In this document: positions 26,701-45,029 of the stretch, piece by piece
Layout: every line of letters starts with the position of its first letter
How positions within the stretch are numbered: the first letter of the stretch is position 1
Assembly (NCBI GenBank): GCA_964016885.1
Contig: OZ024761.1
Span: 10,664,001-10,728,000 of the forward strand
Source of the DNA: Eledone cirrhosa
Taxonomy: Eukaryota
DNA length: 64,000 bases
Direction: 5' to 3'
The notes under the pieces: model-generated
The model's database searches: none
Told to the model about the DNA's origin: nothing
The model's input: only the letters and a program-made list of their open reading frames with translations
Translations under genes and position numbers: made by a program

Positions 26701-27453
26701 ACTGATGATGTTGCTATTCGTGAAATTAGCGATATTATATCGTCATCTGGAACTAAATCGGTCGCAAATTTGAGAAATATCCTCGGCGGCAGGTTTAATG
26801 ATGGTACCCAACAGTGTGCGCACGATTTTTGGAAGCACATTTATCAGTTGTTCTCTAAAAGAATTAAACAACTATTCACCTTTGAGGAAAATACTTGGCT
26901 CAGCTGCACTAGAAAACACGAGCACAATTGCCCCAGATTGCACAATGATGAATGTTATTGTGCATCGATCAACGGCTGTGGCACTTGCACACATATAACT
27001 GATGTCAAGTCTGATCTGACGTTGCAGCCTGTTAATGGTCGGCAGCAATTCAAAAGCTTGCTCAAAACTGATGTTTCGCTCATTAAGAGATGCGATCTGT
27101 GTGGCATTGACACCGAGCACTTTGGTACAGTTAACCATGTATTTCCAAACACAATGCGTTACTTGGTTGTTTATTTGAATAGATTCGAATATACAAACAA
27201 TCAGATGATCAGAATTGATTCTGAGTTGATGAATTTCTCTCCGAACAAGCAGAGCATTTACGGCCAAAAATTCCGACTAATCGGCTCCGTCTTGCATTCA
27301 CTGGCTAGTGCAGACTCCGGGCACTACACCAGCATCGTCCGCAATCAGGACAGATGGGACATTATTAACGATGCCGTCTTTTCCAAGCAGTATATAGGTT
27401 TCCCGTCGAAACTGCTTAACAACTACCTGTTGTTTTTAGAAAAGTTGAATTGA
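20791..27453 (+). mobile_element. Helentron/Helitron2-type rolling-circle transposon coding region: N-terminal 15-aa repeats, Cys-rich region, HUH Rep, PIF1 helicase and C-terminal USP (peptidase C19) domain; disrupted
   Basis: Rep motifs are LFLTLSCAE, FFWRLEYQMRGAPHVH (HVH 23742-23750) and YVTSYQTK (24180-24203). Helicase motifs are GVGGTGKS (25149-25172), APTGMAA, DEI, GDLLQLPPV, NMRQ, IHKSQG and YVALSR. There is an in-frame TGA at 21991-21993 and frameshifts near 22770-22800 and 25418. Confidence 0.93.
26602..27453 (+). CDS. Ubiquitin-specific protease (USP/peptidase C19)-like domain in frame with the helicase
   Basis: Cys box LINERNACFVNSTMQ (Cys 26635-26637), QQCAHDF, CDLC, YLVVYLNRF, His box LIGSVLH..SGHYTSIVR..WDIIND (His 27322-27324) and terminal YLLFLEK, all in the canonical order. 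Confidence 0.85.
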   Translation, partial: PYISLINERNACFVNSTMQVIRQLVLLVEHIQSTDDVAIREISDIISSSGTKSVANLRNILGGRFNDGTQQCAHDFWKHIYQLFSKRIKQLFTFEENTWLSCTRKHEHNCPRLHNDECYCASINGCGTCTHITDVKSDLTLQPVNGRQQFKSLLKTDVSLIKRCDLCGIDTEHFGTVNHVFPNTMRYLVVYLNRFEYTNNQMIRIDSELMNFSPNKQSIYGQKFRLIGSVLHSLASADSGHYTSIVRNQDRWDIINDAVFSKQYIGFPSKLLNNYLLFLEKLN

Positions 27454-28944
27454 ACTTTCACCGCCAATGTACAGCAGCAAGCATTTTTTGAAAAATTTGC
27501 TTGATCCTAAGAAAAAGTAACAGAGGTTGAGAGATGTCTTGTTATCTCTAACTATTGCTTTGTTTCTATTTCTTTAGGGCATTTCTGAATTTATTGGAAT
27601 ATGAATCCAGTCCCACCATTGAGATATATTATCTTCATGGTGAATGTCTGCTGTTTTTTTTACCCTCGGGAAATTGTGAAATTGGTTTGCAGCTACTATG
27701 GCCTTTTGAGATATAATATTGAAAACACATGTCACTCAACCATATTCGTGTGACCATTTTGTCACTGAACTATACTCTCCGTATGATATCAATTTTTATG
27801 TATTATAATTTTATCAATATTTTATCTTAAATTAAGCATATTTTTATCTATTATTATCTAATTTTATAAATCTTTTATTTTTTATCCATTATATCAACTA
27901 CTTTCAATGTTGTATTATATTTTAAATTCCAATGTATTAATTTTTGTACCAGAAACTCTCTAGCGCTTTAGCATTTAAAGAGACCATATCCGACCATAAT
28001 TCTCTCGCCTCTTTCTATTCAAACTGGCCATAATTAGCCACTCATACTGATAGTAAGGTATTTTTCTCAAAACAAATAACATAAAACTCTCGTAGATTCA
28101 ATATTATATGAGATAATTATATAAGGTAAAGCCTTTTATGTGAAAATACATACACTATTTTTGTGCCTTTTTTAGCAACACAAAAATCCTCTGATACTTT
28201 GGATTAATATGGCTGACTAAAATTATATATCTGCACATTGTGTGGTGTCAACTATATTTTGTTTTGTATTTTATGCTTTCTTTAAAAATTTTTTTTTTAG
28301 TCTTATATTTTAAAAATATATTAAAATAAATTATAAACGTTTTGTATTTACATATCTTTATAATGCACCTTCCAATATTGATTGTAACGTTTATTTACTT
28401 TTATATGAATGATATAGTTAATAGTTACTTGTCCATTTGCCAATATGCTTTTGTAAAAGTAATTATTAACTATTATATATTAAATTACAAGATTTATTTA
28501 TATAACATGCTTATAATATTGGTTGTATCATATTTACTTGTATATTTGTCTATATTGTTTGTTTTGTGTTAAATTATTTTATTATTATTATGTTGGATTA
28601 TTTTTTTTATTATTATGTTAAACTATTTGTATGTAATATTTAATTTTTTTATTAATTCAACTATAATAATCGACATATGAAATTTAAATCAACAATAGGA
28701 GAAAAAAAAATATCTTATTGCACAAACAATAATTCTGCACAAATGTTGCTCCATTATTAGATCTAATGTTGCAACGATACAGTTAAATGTTGTCTGTGTA
28801 TTTTAAAAAAGATTTGCTTATAATCTTTTCAAATTTCATTACGCCAATGATTCAAGCTCAAATTGACATTATCTAAAAAATTGTACAAACAGCGGTGGAT
28901 TAGCAGTAGTGAACAGATAAATCAGTCAATTTATTAAGATTGAC

Positions 28945-29597
28945 TTGGCATCAATCAGCAAGACCTTCATTAGCTGCTCTCCAGCCATCTATTTAAAGCT
29001 GTATACATCTATGGTACGAATACACTTGGAGTTCGCGTCATCAGTCTGGAACCCCTATCTTGCTCAGAACATTGACCTCCTGGAAACTGTTCAGAGACAT
29101 GCAACCAAGCGCATACCCTCCATCAGACACCTACCATACCCTGAATATTTTGCTTCCCTCTGGCAATGGACTTGGTAAACACCCACAAAGTTATTAACCA
29201 TCCGACCAACAACAACCCCGAACACCTTTTTGATCTCCATGTGTCTAACACGTGGACATGCCTACAAAGTCAGAAAACAACACAGCTCCCATGACTTTAG
29301 GAAATATTTCTTCATGCTCAGAGTTGCTGAAGGATGGAACAAACTTCCTGCATCAGTTGTTAGCTGATGACACACTGCATCCTTTAAAACCATCATACAT
29401 TCCGAAATACACCAAAACTACACCTGATGTCCCCCTTCCATACACATGCACATATGTGTATATCATGACTCATGCACTGTTCTTTTTTCCTGACGTTTTT
29501 ATATTACCCTATGTATTATATATGCACTTTTGATGAGTTGTAGTGCACCTCAGCATTGTACACAATATTTTCATTATTATTATCATTATTATTATTA
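28945..29597 (+). mobile_element. CR1/L2-type LINE 3' fragment
   Basis: LKLYTSMVRIHLEFASSVWNPY..IDLLETVQRHATKRIP, followed by a (TAT)n tail. Confidence 0.8.
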
Positions 29598-30788
29598 CAC
29601 TCATTGATCCATTTTGCACTAACTCTGCATCAAGCACCCTCACCTAAATATTAACCAATCAAGGATCCAATACAGCTATCTGTTGGATAAGTATTGTATA
29701 GTGCCAAAAACGAAACCAATCAGTTTAGCAGAAAGTTTCCAGACAAGAAACACGCATATTTTGCTATCCTCAAACACGTTTACACATGGCATGAAATATA
29801 ACTAATCCGAGATGGCTAGGTTTCATCTTCTAACTGGATATACGAAATCCATTATGTCTTGACAACAACATGAGGTAACATTATGTTATTCACAGACACA
29901 CTTTGTACACTGTTCCATATCAGAATGTATTTCCTTCGTCACATTCACAAACAGTATTGAAAATATGTTCTTCGGCAAATAAAAATGTTTTGTTCATAAT
30001 ATTTCAACTAGCGATTGCTCTACTCCACGCACGACCACCATAAATTAATGACCAGCTCAACACAAGTATTGGTAGAGCGTCAGACACCATGCTTTGCAGT
30101 ATTGTTATGGTCCTTTGCATTCTAAGTTCAAATCCTGCCGAGGTTAACTTCGACTTTCATACTTATTAATTCGATAAAATAAAGTACCAGTAATGGACTG
30201 CCGTAATGGATTTGTGCCGAAAAATAGAAACACTATTAATGTGCAATAAGAGCAAAATATAACGACATTGCTCAATTATTTTATCTAATGTTGTAATAAC
30301 ACAAGGAAATGTTGTTTGTGTATTTTTTTTTATATTTGCTCATAGGCTTTTACAATTTCGCTCAGCCAACAACTATTAAAAAGTGAGTTGCTTAAGATAA
30401 CAATTTAATCACAAATTGTTGCTATCTTTTAATACACTCCAACAAGTCATCAAATTATGTACAATAAAAACAAATCTTATTAATTTGCTCAGGGAATATA
30501 AAGAAAATGTATATACACTGATAATTGCAATTGTATGTAAATATTTTGTATTTGTATTGTTTATTTTATGTTTTCTATTATGTATAATATATTGATTTAA
30601 TATTGATTGTTTTTTGTAGTTGTTTATATTAAAAGTCTGAAAATATTTTTATACATCTTACACTAATATTTATAAGATAATTTAGAATAACAATTACATA
30701 ATCTAATTACATTACAACGATAATTTATTATTAATATATATCCTGTTTAACTAGAGTTATTACAAGCGTTGCCTTAAAAAAATATTAA

Positions 30789-31745
30789 ACTAGACATGAA
30801 AAATGCGCAAGCTCAAAAGTGCCACAGAATGTTATAATAAACCTTCAAAAGTGTGGGACTAGAGTTGTTGCTAAAAAATATTGTAATCATTATATATCGT
30901 ACATTCTGTGGCATCCTTTATAAAAATAGCTTAAACCAACGAAGCCTTTATTTTTACGCTATTTCACTTAGTTAATTCTTAGAGTGTAACATATAAAAAT
31001 AAATACATCTATGTTTAATGTAATAACAGCTATAAATAATTACGTAATATTATTATCATATACTCATAGTAACAAAATAATTGTGTTGAAACTTAATATG
31101 ATGCTTATATGAACGATCAAATCTATAATGATAATTTCTTAAATATACTAATAGTAAAATAATTTAGTTATCTATTGTTACATTTTCATAGAACTATAAT
31201 ATTAACAATCGTATTGCATTATCAAATTTTTATCACTACAAACTTTCATATTGGAATTACCTTAAGCCACTTATTATTACTTCGCTTTCGTACTTTTACA
31301 GCTGTAGATATTGCGCTGTATCTTATATCTAATATCAATATCTCATGGTAATTTGCATGAAGTGTAAAATAGGTTTATTAATAACTTTAATATGAAATGT
31401 ATTATACAGGGCTGCGGAGTCGGCCAAAAATTGACTGGCTCCAACTCAGGATCCGATACTCCATTATTTCCTAAATTTCAGCTCCGCAGCTCTGTTATTA
31501 TATTAATTAATTTATTTTATAGTTGTAAATCATATTTTTATATGTTACACTCTAAGAATTAACTAAGTGAAATAGCGTAAAAATAAAGGCTTCGTTGGTT
31601 TAAGCTATTTTTATAAAGGATACCACAGAATGTACGATATATAATGATTACAATATTTTTTAGCAACAACTCTAGTCCCACACTTTTGAAGGTTTATTAT
31701 AACATTCTGTGGCACTTTTGAGCTTGCGCATTTTTCATGTCTAGT
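30789..31745. repeat. Near-perfect inverted repeats of about 212 bp (30789-31000 and 31534-31745) ending in CTAGT
   Basis: actagacatgaaaaatgcgcaagctc...gtgtaacatataaaaat and its reverse complement; one mismatch seen. Confidence 0.88.
31407..31494. mobile_element. 88-bp hAT-type MITE
   Basis: TIRs cagggctgcggag / ctccgcagctctg with 8-bp flanks gtattata / ttattata (7/8 match, likely target-site duplication). Confidence 0.7.
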
Positions 31746-32049
31746 ATATATATGTGTATATATGTGTATATATATATGTATATATGTAACGTATATGTAT
31801 ATATATATGCATATGTCTATATATATATATGTGTATATATATATGTGTATATATATGTATGTATATGTATGTATATATATGTATGTATGTATGTATATAT
31901 ATGTATGTATGTATGTATATATATATATGTATATGTATGTATGTATGTATGTATATAGATATATATGTATATGTATGTATGTATGTATGTATATAGATAT
32001 ATATGTATATGTATGTATGTATATAGATATATATGTATATGTATGTATG

Positions 32050-32082
<33 letters not shown>

Positions 32083-32719
32083 ATATATATATAAGTATAT
32101 ATATGTATATAGATGTATGTATATATATATATATGTATATATATGTATGTATATATATATATATGTATATATATGTATGTATATATATATATATGTATAT
32201 ATATGTATGTATATATATGTATATATATATATGTATGTATATATATGTATATATATGTATGTATATATATGTATATATATATGTATGTATATATATGTAT
32301 ATATATATGTATGTATATATATATGTATATATATATGTATGTTTATGTCAGGTCACCAGTTGGTGCTACTGGTAACATGTATTCCAGTACAACCTGTCCC
32401 ATGGTCGGGTCGTTGGCGACTAAACTGGCAACCCCACCAAGGTTTCTTGGTGAGGAGGGTGACTTTGGACATCCTGCAGGACTAAAAACAAAACCTGTCA
32501 AAAGGCAAAGGAGCTCTTAAGAGTCAATGGCCATCCAAAATCACCGGGAGAGATGACCCCTTAGCCTTTGTCAAGGCAGAATTCTAGGAGAAGGAAAACT
32601 CTGATATAACACCTGCAACCCTGATGGTATCCAATGATGTTGACTTGTTCTTCTTTTTGGTAAATATCATCTTGGTTAAGAGAGTGGGACTGGCTTTGTG
32701 CAGTGCCTTTGCTCACTAT

Positions 32720-32895
32720 AAAAGCTTCACGGCACAGGCATTGCTTTATATCTGGAGATCTCTCTGCATTTGTCGTCACATGGTACCATGGGCCCAGCAC
32801 TATGTGTCAATAATTGTCACAAGTGTAGTGTTTGTACCAGAGCTTTCAAGTCGCTGGCTGGACTAAAAAGTCACACTCGTTCAGCGCATCAGTAG
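32720..32895 (+). mobile_element. Degraded RTE 3' end with terminal C2H2 finger
   Basis: 32810-32895 translates to NNCHKCSVCTRAFKSLAGLKSHTRSAHQ*, homologous to the last finger at about 34305-34386. Confidence 0.7.
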
Positions 32896-33230
32896 GGGTT
32901 CTCCTACATGGATATAAAGTAGTGGCCGTACTCGAAAACGAGTTGGCAGCCACCATATATATGTATGTATATATATATATACGTATATATATGTATGTAT
33001 ATATGTATGTATATATGTATATATGTATGTATGTATATATATATATAGAGTTATGGCTCTCCACGGAGTCAACAAAAGAGAGTACCAGTGATGCGCTGGC
33101 CAGTCGCTGGATCCGTGCCAAAAGCAGAAAAATTATTATTAAAGTTGTTCTTAAGGCCAGGTCGCTGGTGATGGTGATGGCGACGGCGGTGGCGGTGGTG
33201 GTGGTGGTGGCAGTTGATGTTGTTGTTCTG

Positions 33231-33311
<81 letters not shown>

Positions 33312-33720
33312 GTTATTTTGAGTTTTTTTTTCCTTTCTTTTTTTTTTTTTTTTTTTTCCCCTTCCCTTTTCTTTTTTCTTTTCCCTTCCTTTTTTTATGT
33401 TTTGATGCCGCTGTTGTTGTTGTTGTTGTGATTGTTGTAAATGTTCATTTCAGTTCATTCTGAAGCTGTTGTTGCTGTAAACATTAGTGCCGGTGTTGTT
33501 GTTGTTGTTGATGTTGGGGTTGAAATCTGGTTGTTTGACTGAGTGATGTATATACACACATATACATACACACACATATATATATATACATTCATCAGAG
33601 AGTAGAGAGTTTGACAACAGGTCGATGACTTTAGTCTCGATAGGGTATGGTATGGTAATGACATGTGATGGTGGGGAGAGAGTGTAGACGTTATTGTGGT
33701 GGTGTGGACAGTGGAAAGCT

Positions 33721-34386
33721 CTGTGTGACAGTATAGAAGCTCTTGTGCTTAAGCAGCGACTCCGTTGGAGTGGTCACCTTGCCAGGATGAAGGATTCTAG
33801 AATACCAAAACAACTCTTCTATGGAGAGTTGGTTAAAGGAAAACGACCGCCACATAAACCAAAAAAGAGGTATAAGGATTCCTTGAAAGCCTCTCTGAAA
33901 GACGCTAACATCTCTGCTGATACATGGGAAAATATTGCTGCTGATCGTAATAAATGGAGAAAGACTGTATATGAGGGAAAAGTTGCCTTTGAGGCATCTC
34001 GAATCGCACACGAGAAAGTAAAGCGGGACGTGAGGAAGGGTATTGCTGTTGCACTTCCAGACGGCGAGGGTCCTCCTATGTTTCTGACATGCAGCGTCTG
34101 TGCGAGACTCTGCCTAAGCAAAGCTGGACTCGAAAGTCATCTTCGCAGTCATAAAGTAAGACCAGTGGTTGACTACCAGGCTGCTGTTGGAGATGCTACT
34201 CATCATGCTTGCCAAACATGTGGTAGAGAATGTAAATCAGCAGGAGGACTCAAGCGACATGCAAAAGTACACGAACTCCAACCACAGCCGACTATTCCCA
34301 GTAAATGTTTTGGTTGCCGACTCTGTGCAAGACATTTTAGATCATTGGCTGGGCTAAAAAGCCACATTCGATCGCAGCACTGTTAG
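33721..34386 (+). mobile_element. RTE (BovB-like) LINE 3' fragment ending in three C2H2 zinc fingers
   Basis: RLRWSGHLARMKDSRIPKQLFYGEL..KRYKDSLK..WENIAADRNKWR, then CSVC..HLRSH, CQTC..HAKVH and CRLC..HIRSQH. Confidence 0.88.
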
Positions 34387-34419
34387 TTGCTATCGTGTGT
34401 TTGTGTGTGTGTGTGTAGA

Positions 34420-40420
<6,001 letters not shown>

Positions 40421-40903
40421 TAAAGAGTTAGTATATCTACCAACATATATATACAGATGCATACCTATGCTAGGAAATATATAGGTTTTGTCTTAGTATC
40501 TTTGTGATTCAATGCAAGGGGATGCAGAACAATTATATGAAAGATGTAAAATAAGAAAATTATAAAAATTAACTTACTTTCACTTCAACTGATTAGTTTC
40601 TGAAAGGGAATAAACATGGTTTCCGAATGGAACACATGGAGAAGGCCTTTCGTCTTTCAGGGAAGTTTATTCTCAGCTAAGTTCCCAGGCAATGCGTGGA
40701 CACGGGGAACTTATACAAAAATAATTCAGTGGATGGAAAAAAGCAAAGCGTGGACTAAGTTCCAAGACATTGGAAAAATCACTGCCGACGTGGTCGGTGG
40801 CAAATTCAAAAGAATCAATCACGTGACATCGAGGTTAATCAGTGAGGAGTGGGGTATTATGTTCGGCTACTGTCTTCTTATCACCCCACTCCTCCTGCAT
40901 ATG

Positions 40904-40969
<66 letters not shown>

Positions 40970-41299
40970 AATATAAATATATATGTATATATATAAATAT
41001 ATATTTATATATATAAATATATATGTATATATATAAATGTATATATATGTATATATATAAAAATGTATATATGTATGTATATATGTATATATGTATGTAT
41101 ATATGTACATATGTATGTATATATTTATGTATATATGTGTATATATGTGTATGTATATATGTGTATATATATGTATATATGTATGTATATATGTATGTAT
41201 GTATATATGTATGTATATATATATGTATTTATATATGTATATATATATGTATTTATATATGTATATATATATGTATTTATATATATATATGCAGAAGTT

Positions 41300-41708
41300 A
41301 TATTTAATTAGTTGGGATTCCTACAAACTTAAAAGTATATAACTGATATAGAGCACTCAACAGTTTACTGGAGTAAATATTCAATATATTAATAAATGGA
41401 CACTATATTTATAAAACCCTAATTATTTTATTATATTTATTTCAAGGTCAACCAAGGCAATCTTGGTGCGCTTTCATCAGATAAAATACAAAATTTGCTT
41501 CATAAATAGTGACATAACCGTGGAAAACAACCTATCCAGCGAATTTTCACCCGTCAAGGTTGTTTTCCACAGTTATGTCACTATTTATAAAGCAAACTTT
41601 GTATTTTATCTGATGAAAGCGCACCAAGACTGCCTTGGTTGCCCTTGAAATAAATATAATAAAATAATTAGGGTTTTATAAATATAGTGTCCATTTATTA
41701 ATATATTG
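41300..41708. mobile_element. Fold-back remnant of a Penelope-like pseudo-LTR (152-bp arms 41382-41533 and 41557-41708)
   Basis: The arms are reverse complements with few mismatches. The outer left flank is homologous to 52955-53045. Confidence 0.75.
41602..41666 (+). ncRNA. Type I hammerhead ribozyme (mirror copy on minus strand at 41424-41488)
   Basis: Stem I tattttat/ataaaata, CTGATGA 41610-41616, stem II aagcgcaccaag..cttggttgccctt, GAAA 41647-41650, short stem III, ATA triplet. Confidence 0.78.
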
Positions 41709-42289
41709 TATATATATGTGTGTATGTAAAAGGTAAACAGAAATAACAACACAATCGGTACAGTATATGGAAGGTATATATTAGTTTAACGCTTGATATA
41801 GCAGGAAGAACACACACATACACACATACTAGCGCCTGATAAATGTTCCAATTGCTCCTCCACGCATTCTGCACCACCGTGTCCAGTCTGCAAAGGTGGT
41901 CATAACTGGAATTTGAAACCTATGGTAGCATCGTTTTTGTTTTTTTTTATGTATGAACATAAATAGTGTATATATATATATATATATATAATTATGTATA
42001 CACACACACACATGTATGTAATAGGTACATAAATAACTATGCTTGTACATGCATGCTTGCTCACAAACATACACTCATGTATATATATATATACACACAA
42101 ATGCATATGTATATATGCATAAATGCACATGTAGATATGCATGTATATACAAACTACCTGTACATAATGTTGTTTTTTTTTAAAGAGCAGATGAAAAAAA
42201 CAAACAAAAACCTTATTTGTTTTGTAAGTTTGTTTATATAATTTATAACCAGCCTCACCCGTTACAATTATTATTAAAGAGAGGGTGAG

Positions 42290-42570
42290 AGAGAGAGAGA
42301 GATATGTCTTTGTGAATGAGAGATAAGAGAGAGAGTGATATATCTTTGTGAGTGAGAGAGAGATATGTCTTTGTGAATGAGAGAGAGAGAGTGATATATC
42401 TTTCTGAATGAGAGAGAGTGATATATCTTAGTGAATGGGAGAGAGAGAGTGATATATCTTTGTGAGAGAGAGAGTGATATGTCTTTGTGAATGAGAGAGA
42501 GAGTGATATATCTTTGTGAGAGAGAGTGATATGTCTTTGTGAATGTGAGAGAGAGATATCTTTGTGAATG
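42290..42570. repeat. GA-rich minisatellite (unit about 25-30 bp)
   Basis: gagagagtgatat.tctttgtgaatga is repeated about 10 times. Confidence 0.85.
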
Positions 42571-42859
42571 TTTTTTTTTCTTTTCTTTTTAATTAATTCA
42601 TATATTTATTTATTGAATTGAAGTAATAATAATTTCAATAATAATTATAATAATAAATCACACAAATGAATATGGAAAAGATTATAAATTGAAACCAAAG
42701 ACTAACGGAAGAGACAGGAGGGAGAGGTGGCAAAGATGGAGTGAAAATAATAATTGTAATAATGATATTAATGATAAATTATTTTCAAAATATGTAAAAA
42801 AAAATTGGAGTGTTTCTTGCTTTTTAATTTTTTAATTTCTTGAGTTTTGTATTTCTATT

Positions 42860-43030
42860 TCTATATGTATATGTATGTATATATATAAAGTGAAGTCGGG
42901 CGTTGTTTGTTTGTTTGGTGTCCCGAACTTGCAGTCTACACCGTTCATCCGATTTTCATGAAACTTGACACATATATAAAACTCGACCCGTAGATTGGAA
43001 TGGGCTACTTGAAATTGGTCCTTCACGAGA
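42860..43030 (+). mobile_element. Possible non-autonomous Helitron 5' segment
   Basis: tctat..tatataaagtgaagtcgggcgttgtttgtttgttt..ccgattttcatgaaactt resembles the 5' ends of animal non-autonomous Helitrons. Confidence 0.45.
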
Positions 43031-43665
43031 GCCATGGCTCACCATGCGGCATTCCTGCCCTGTCAGCAACTTGCTCAAATGTCATCAGCATGGTTTATTC
43101 CTGCGCCGCACATAACCGCCCATTATCTCTGACCAAAGACAGCACCGAACATGAAGACGATCCTGTGTAAGTCTTTTTACATTCATTTTGACCATATTTA
43201 ACAAAATTAAACAAAAATTCATCCCTTTCTCCTCCAAAGCCTACCGATCATGTATGGCCGATAAACATCCTGCCTTGCACCCGGTTTTCTCAAACAATCA
43301 TCGTGCCTCCCGGTGCACTCTACATTCCCGAAGTGCAACTCAATTGGCATGCCTCATCCACGCCATGCACCCTGCCCTTTCATCATGCCTCATCATGTTG
43401 CATCTCTGCCCTTTCAGACGCCATCCACTCCCCTTGTGCCTAAAGTAAATTTTCAAAAAATTGATAATCGAACCCACAGAGGCAATAATCCGGCAACCGA
43501 AAAACGGCATTCTTCCTGCTTCCATTTGTCGCGACTCCCGTCTTGCAAAAAACGTTCAATCTATCAGGATTATCCACCATAAGTCTCTTTAAATTAATGC
43601 TCACCATATTCAGCAAACCTTTTATGCCGATTCTTCCATTTCTTATATAAGGACTATCAAGACTA
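43030..43665 (-). mobile_element. Degraded non-LTR retrotransposon fragment, possibly restriction-like-endonuclease type
   Basis: GC-richer island; minus-strand frames give ECTGRHDDCLRK...YRPYMI (resembling RHD/RPD) with many stops. Confidence 0.3.
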
Positions 43666-43974
43666 TACCTATATGTATATATATATATGTGTATATATAT
43701 ATATATATGTGTATATATATATATGTGTATATATATATATGTATATATATATATACACATATATATATATACATATGTATATATATGTGTATTAAGACAG
43801 GGGGGAAGAAAAAAATGGCTTCACTTGTGCTTTCAACAAATTTATTTTCTTCACAAAATCCAAAAAGAATTTTTTTCCGGATTAGAAAAGTTTTTTTATA
43901 AATTGATACATATATGTATATATATATATGTGTATATATGTATATGTATATATGTATATGTATATATATATATG

Positions 43975-44311
43975 TATACTCTTTTACTCTTTTACTCTTT
44001 TACCTGTTTCAGCCATCCGGCTGAGACCATGCTGGGGCACCGCCCTTGTTGCTACACATTTTATCTCCAGCCTGTATAGGTTGGCCACTGGTGTAGGAGG
44101 GAGTTTGTTGCTGCTGCCCTTAGGTTTCCCTCGTGTCTTGCTGTGGGCTCATCCGGGATCCTGGATAACAAGGTGTCGAGATGTTTCTTAAAGACATCCA
44201 CCTCCACGTCATGCAAGTCTCGCAGATGCCTCGGCAGCCTGTTGAAGAGTTGAGGGCCCTTGAATCCCAGGCTATTGCAATACCTGCTCCTTATTCTAGA
44301 TGTGGAAGACG
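43975..44311 (-). mobile_element. Short 3' fragment of a CR1-type LINE, almost identical to 58745-59072
   Basis: [25 protein letters not shown]; tail of GAGTAAAA repeats. Confidence 0.88.
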
Positions 44312-44363
44312 TATATACATATACACATATATATATATGTGTATATGTATATGTATATATATG

Positions 44364-44409
<46 letters not shown>

Positions 44410-44547
44410 CATATATATATACATATATATATATACATATATATATACATATATACATATATATATATATATATGTATATATATATGTATATATATATGT
44501 ATATATATATGTATATATATATGTATATATATATGTATATATATATG

Positions 44548-44632
<85 letters not shown>

Positions 44633-44722
44633 TATATATATATGTATATATATGTATATATATATATGTATATATATGTATATATATATATGTATATATA
44701 TATATATGTATATATATATATG

Positions 44723-44755
<33 letters not shown>

Positions 44756-44768
44756 GTATATATATATG

Positions 44769-45029
<261 letters not shown>

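Noticed and set aside
21690-27267. Minus-strand ORFs overlapping the Helitron
   Set aside because: They are antisense shadows of the RepHel frame with no motifs.
40616-40996. 126-aa ORF as a protein-coding gene
   Set aside because: It has no recognisable motif and its 3' part runs into a TA repeat.
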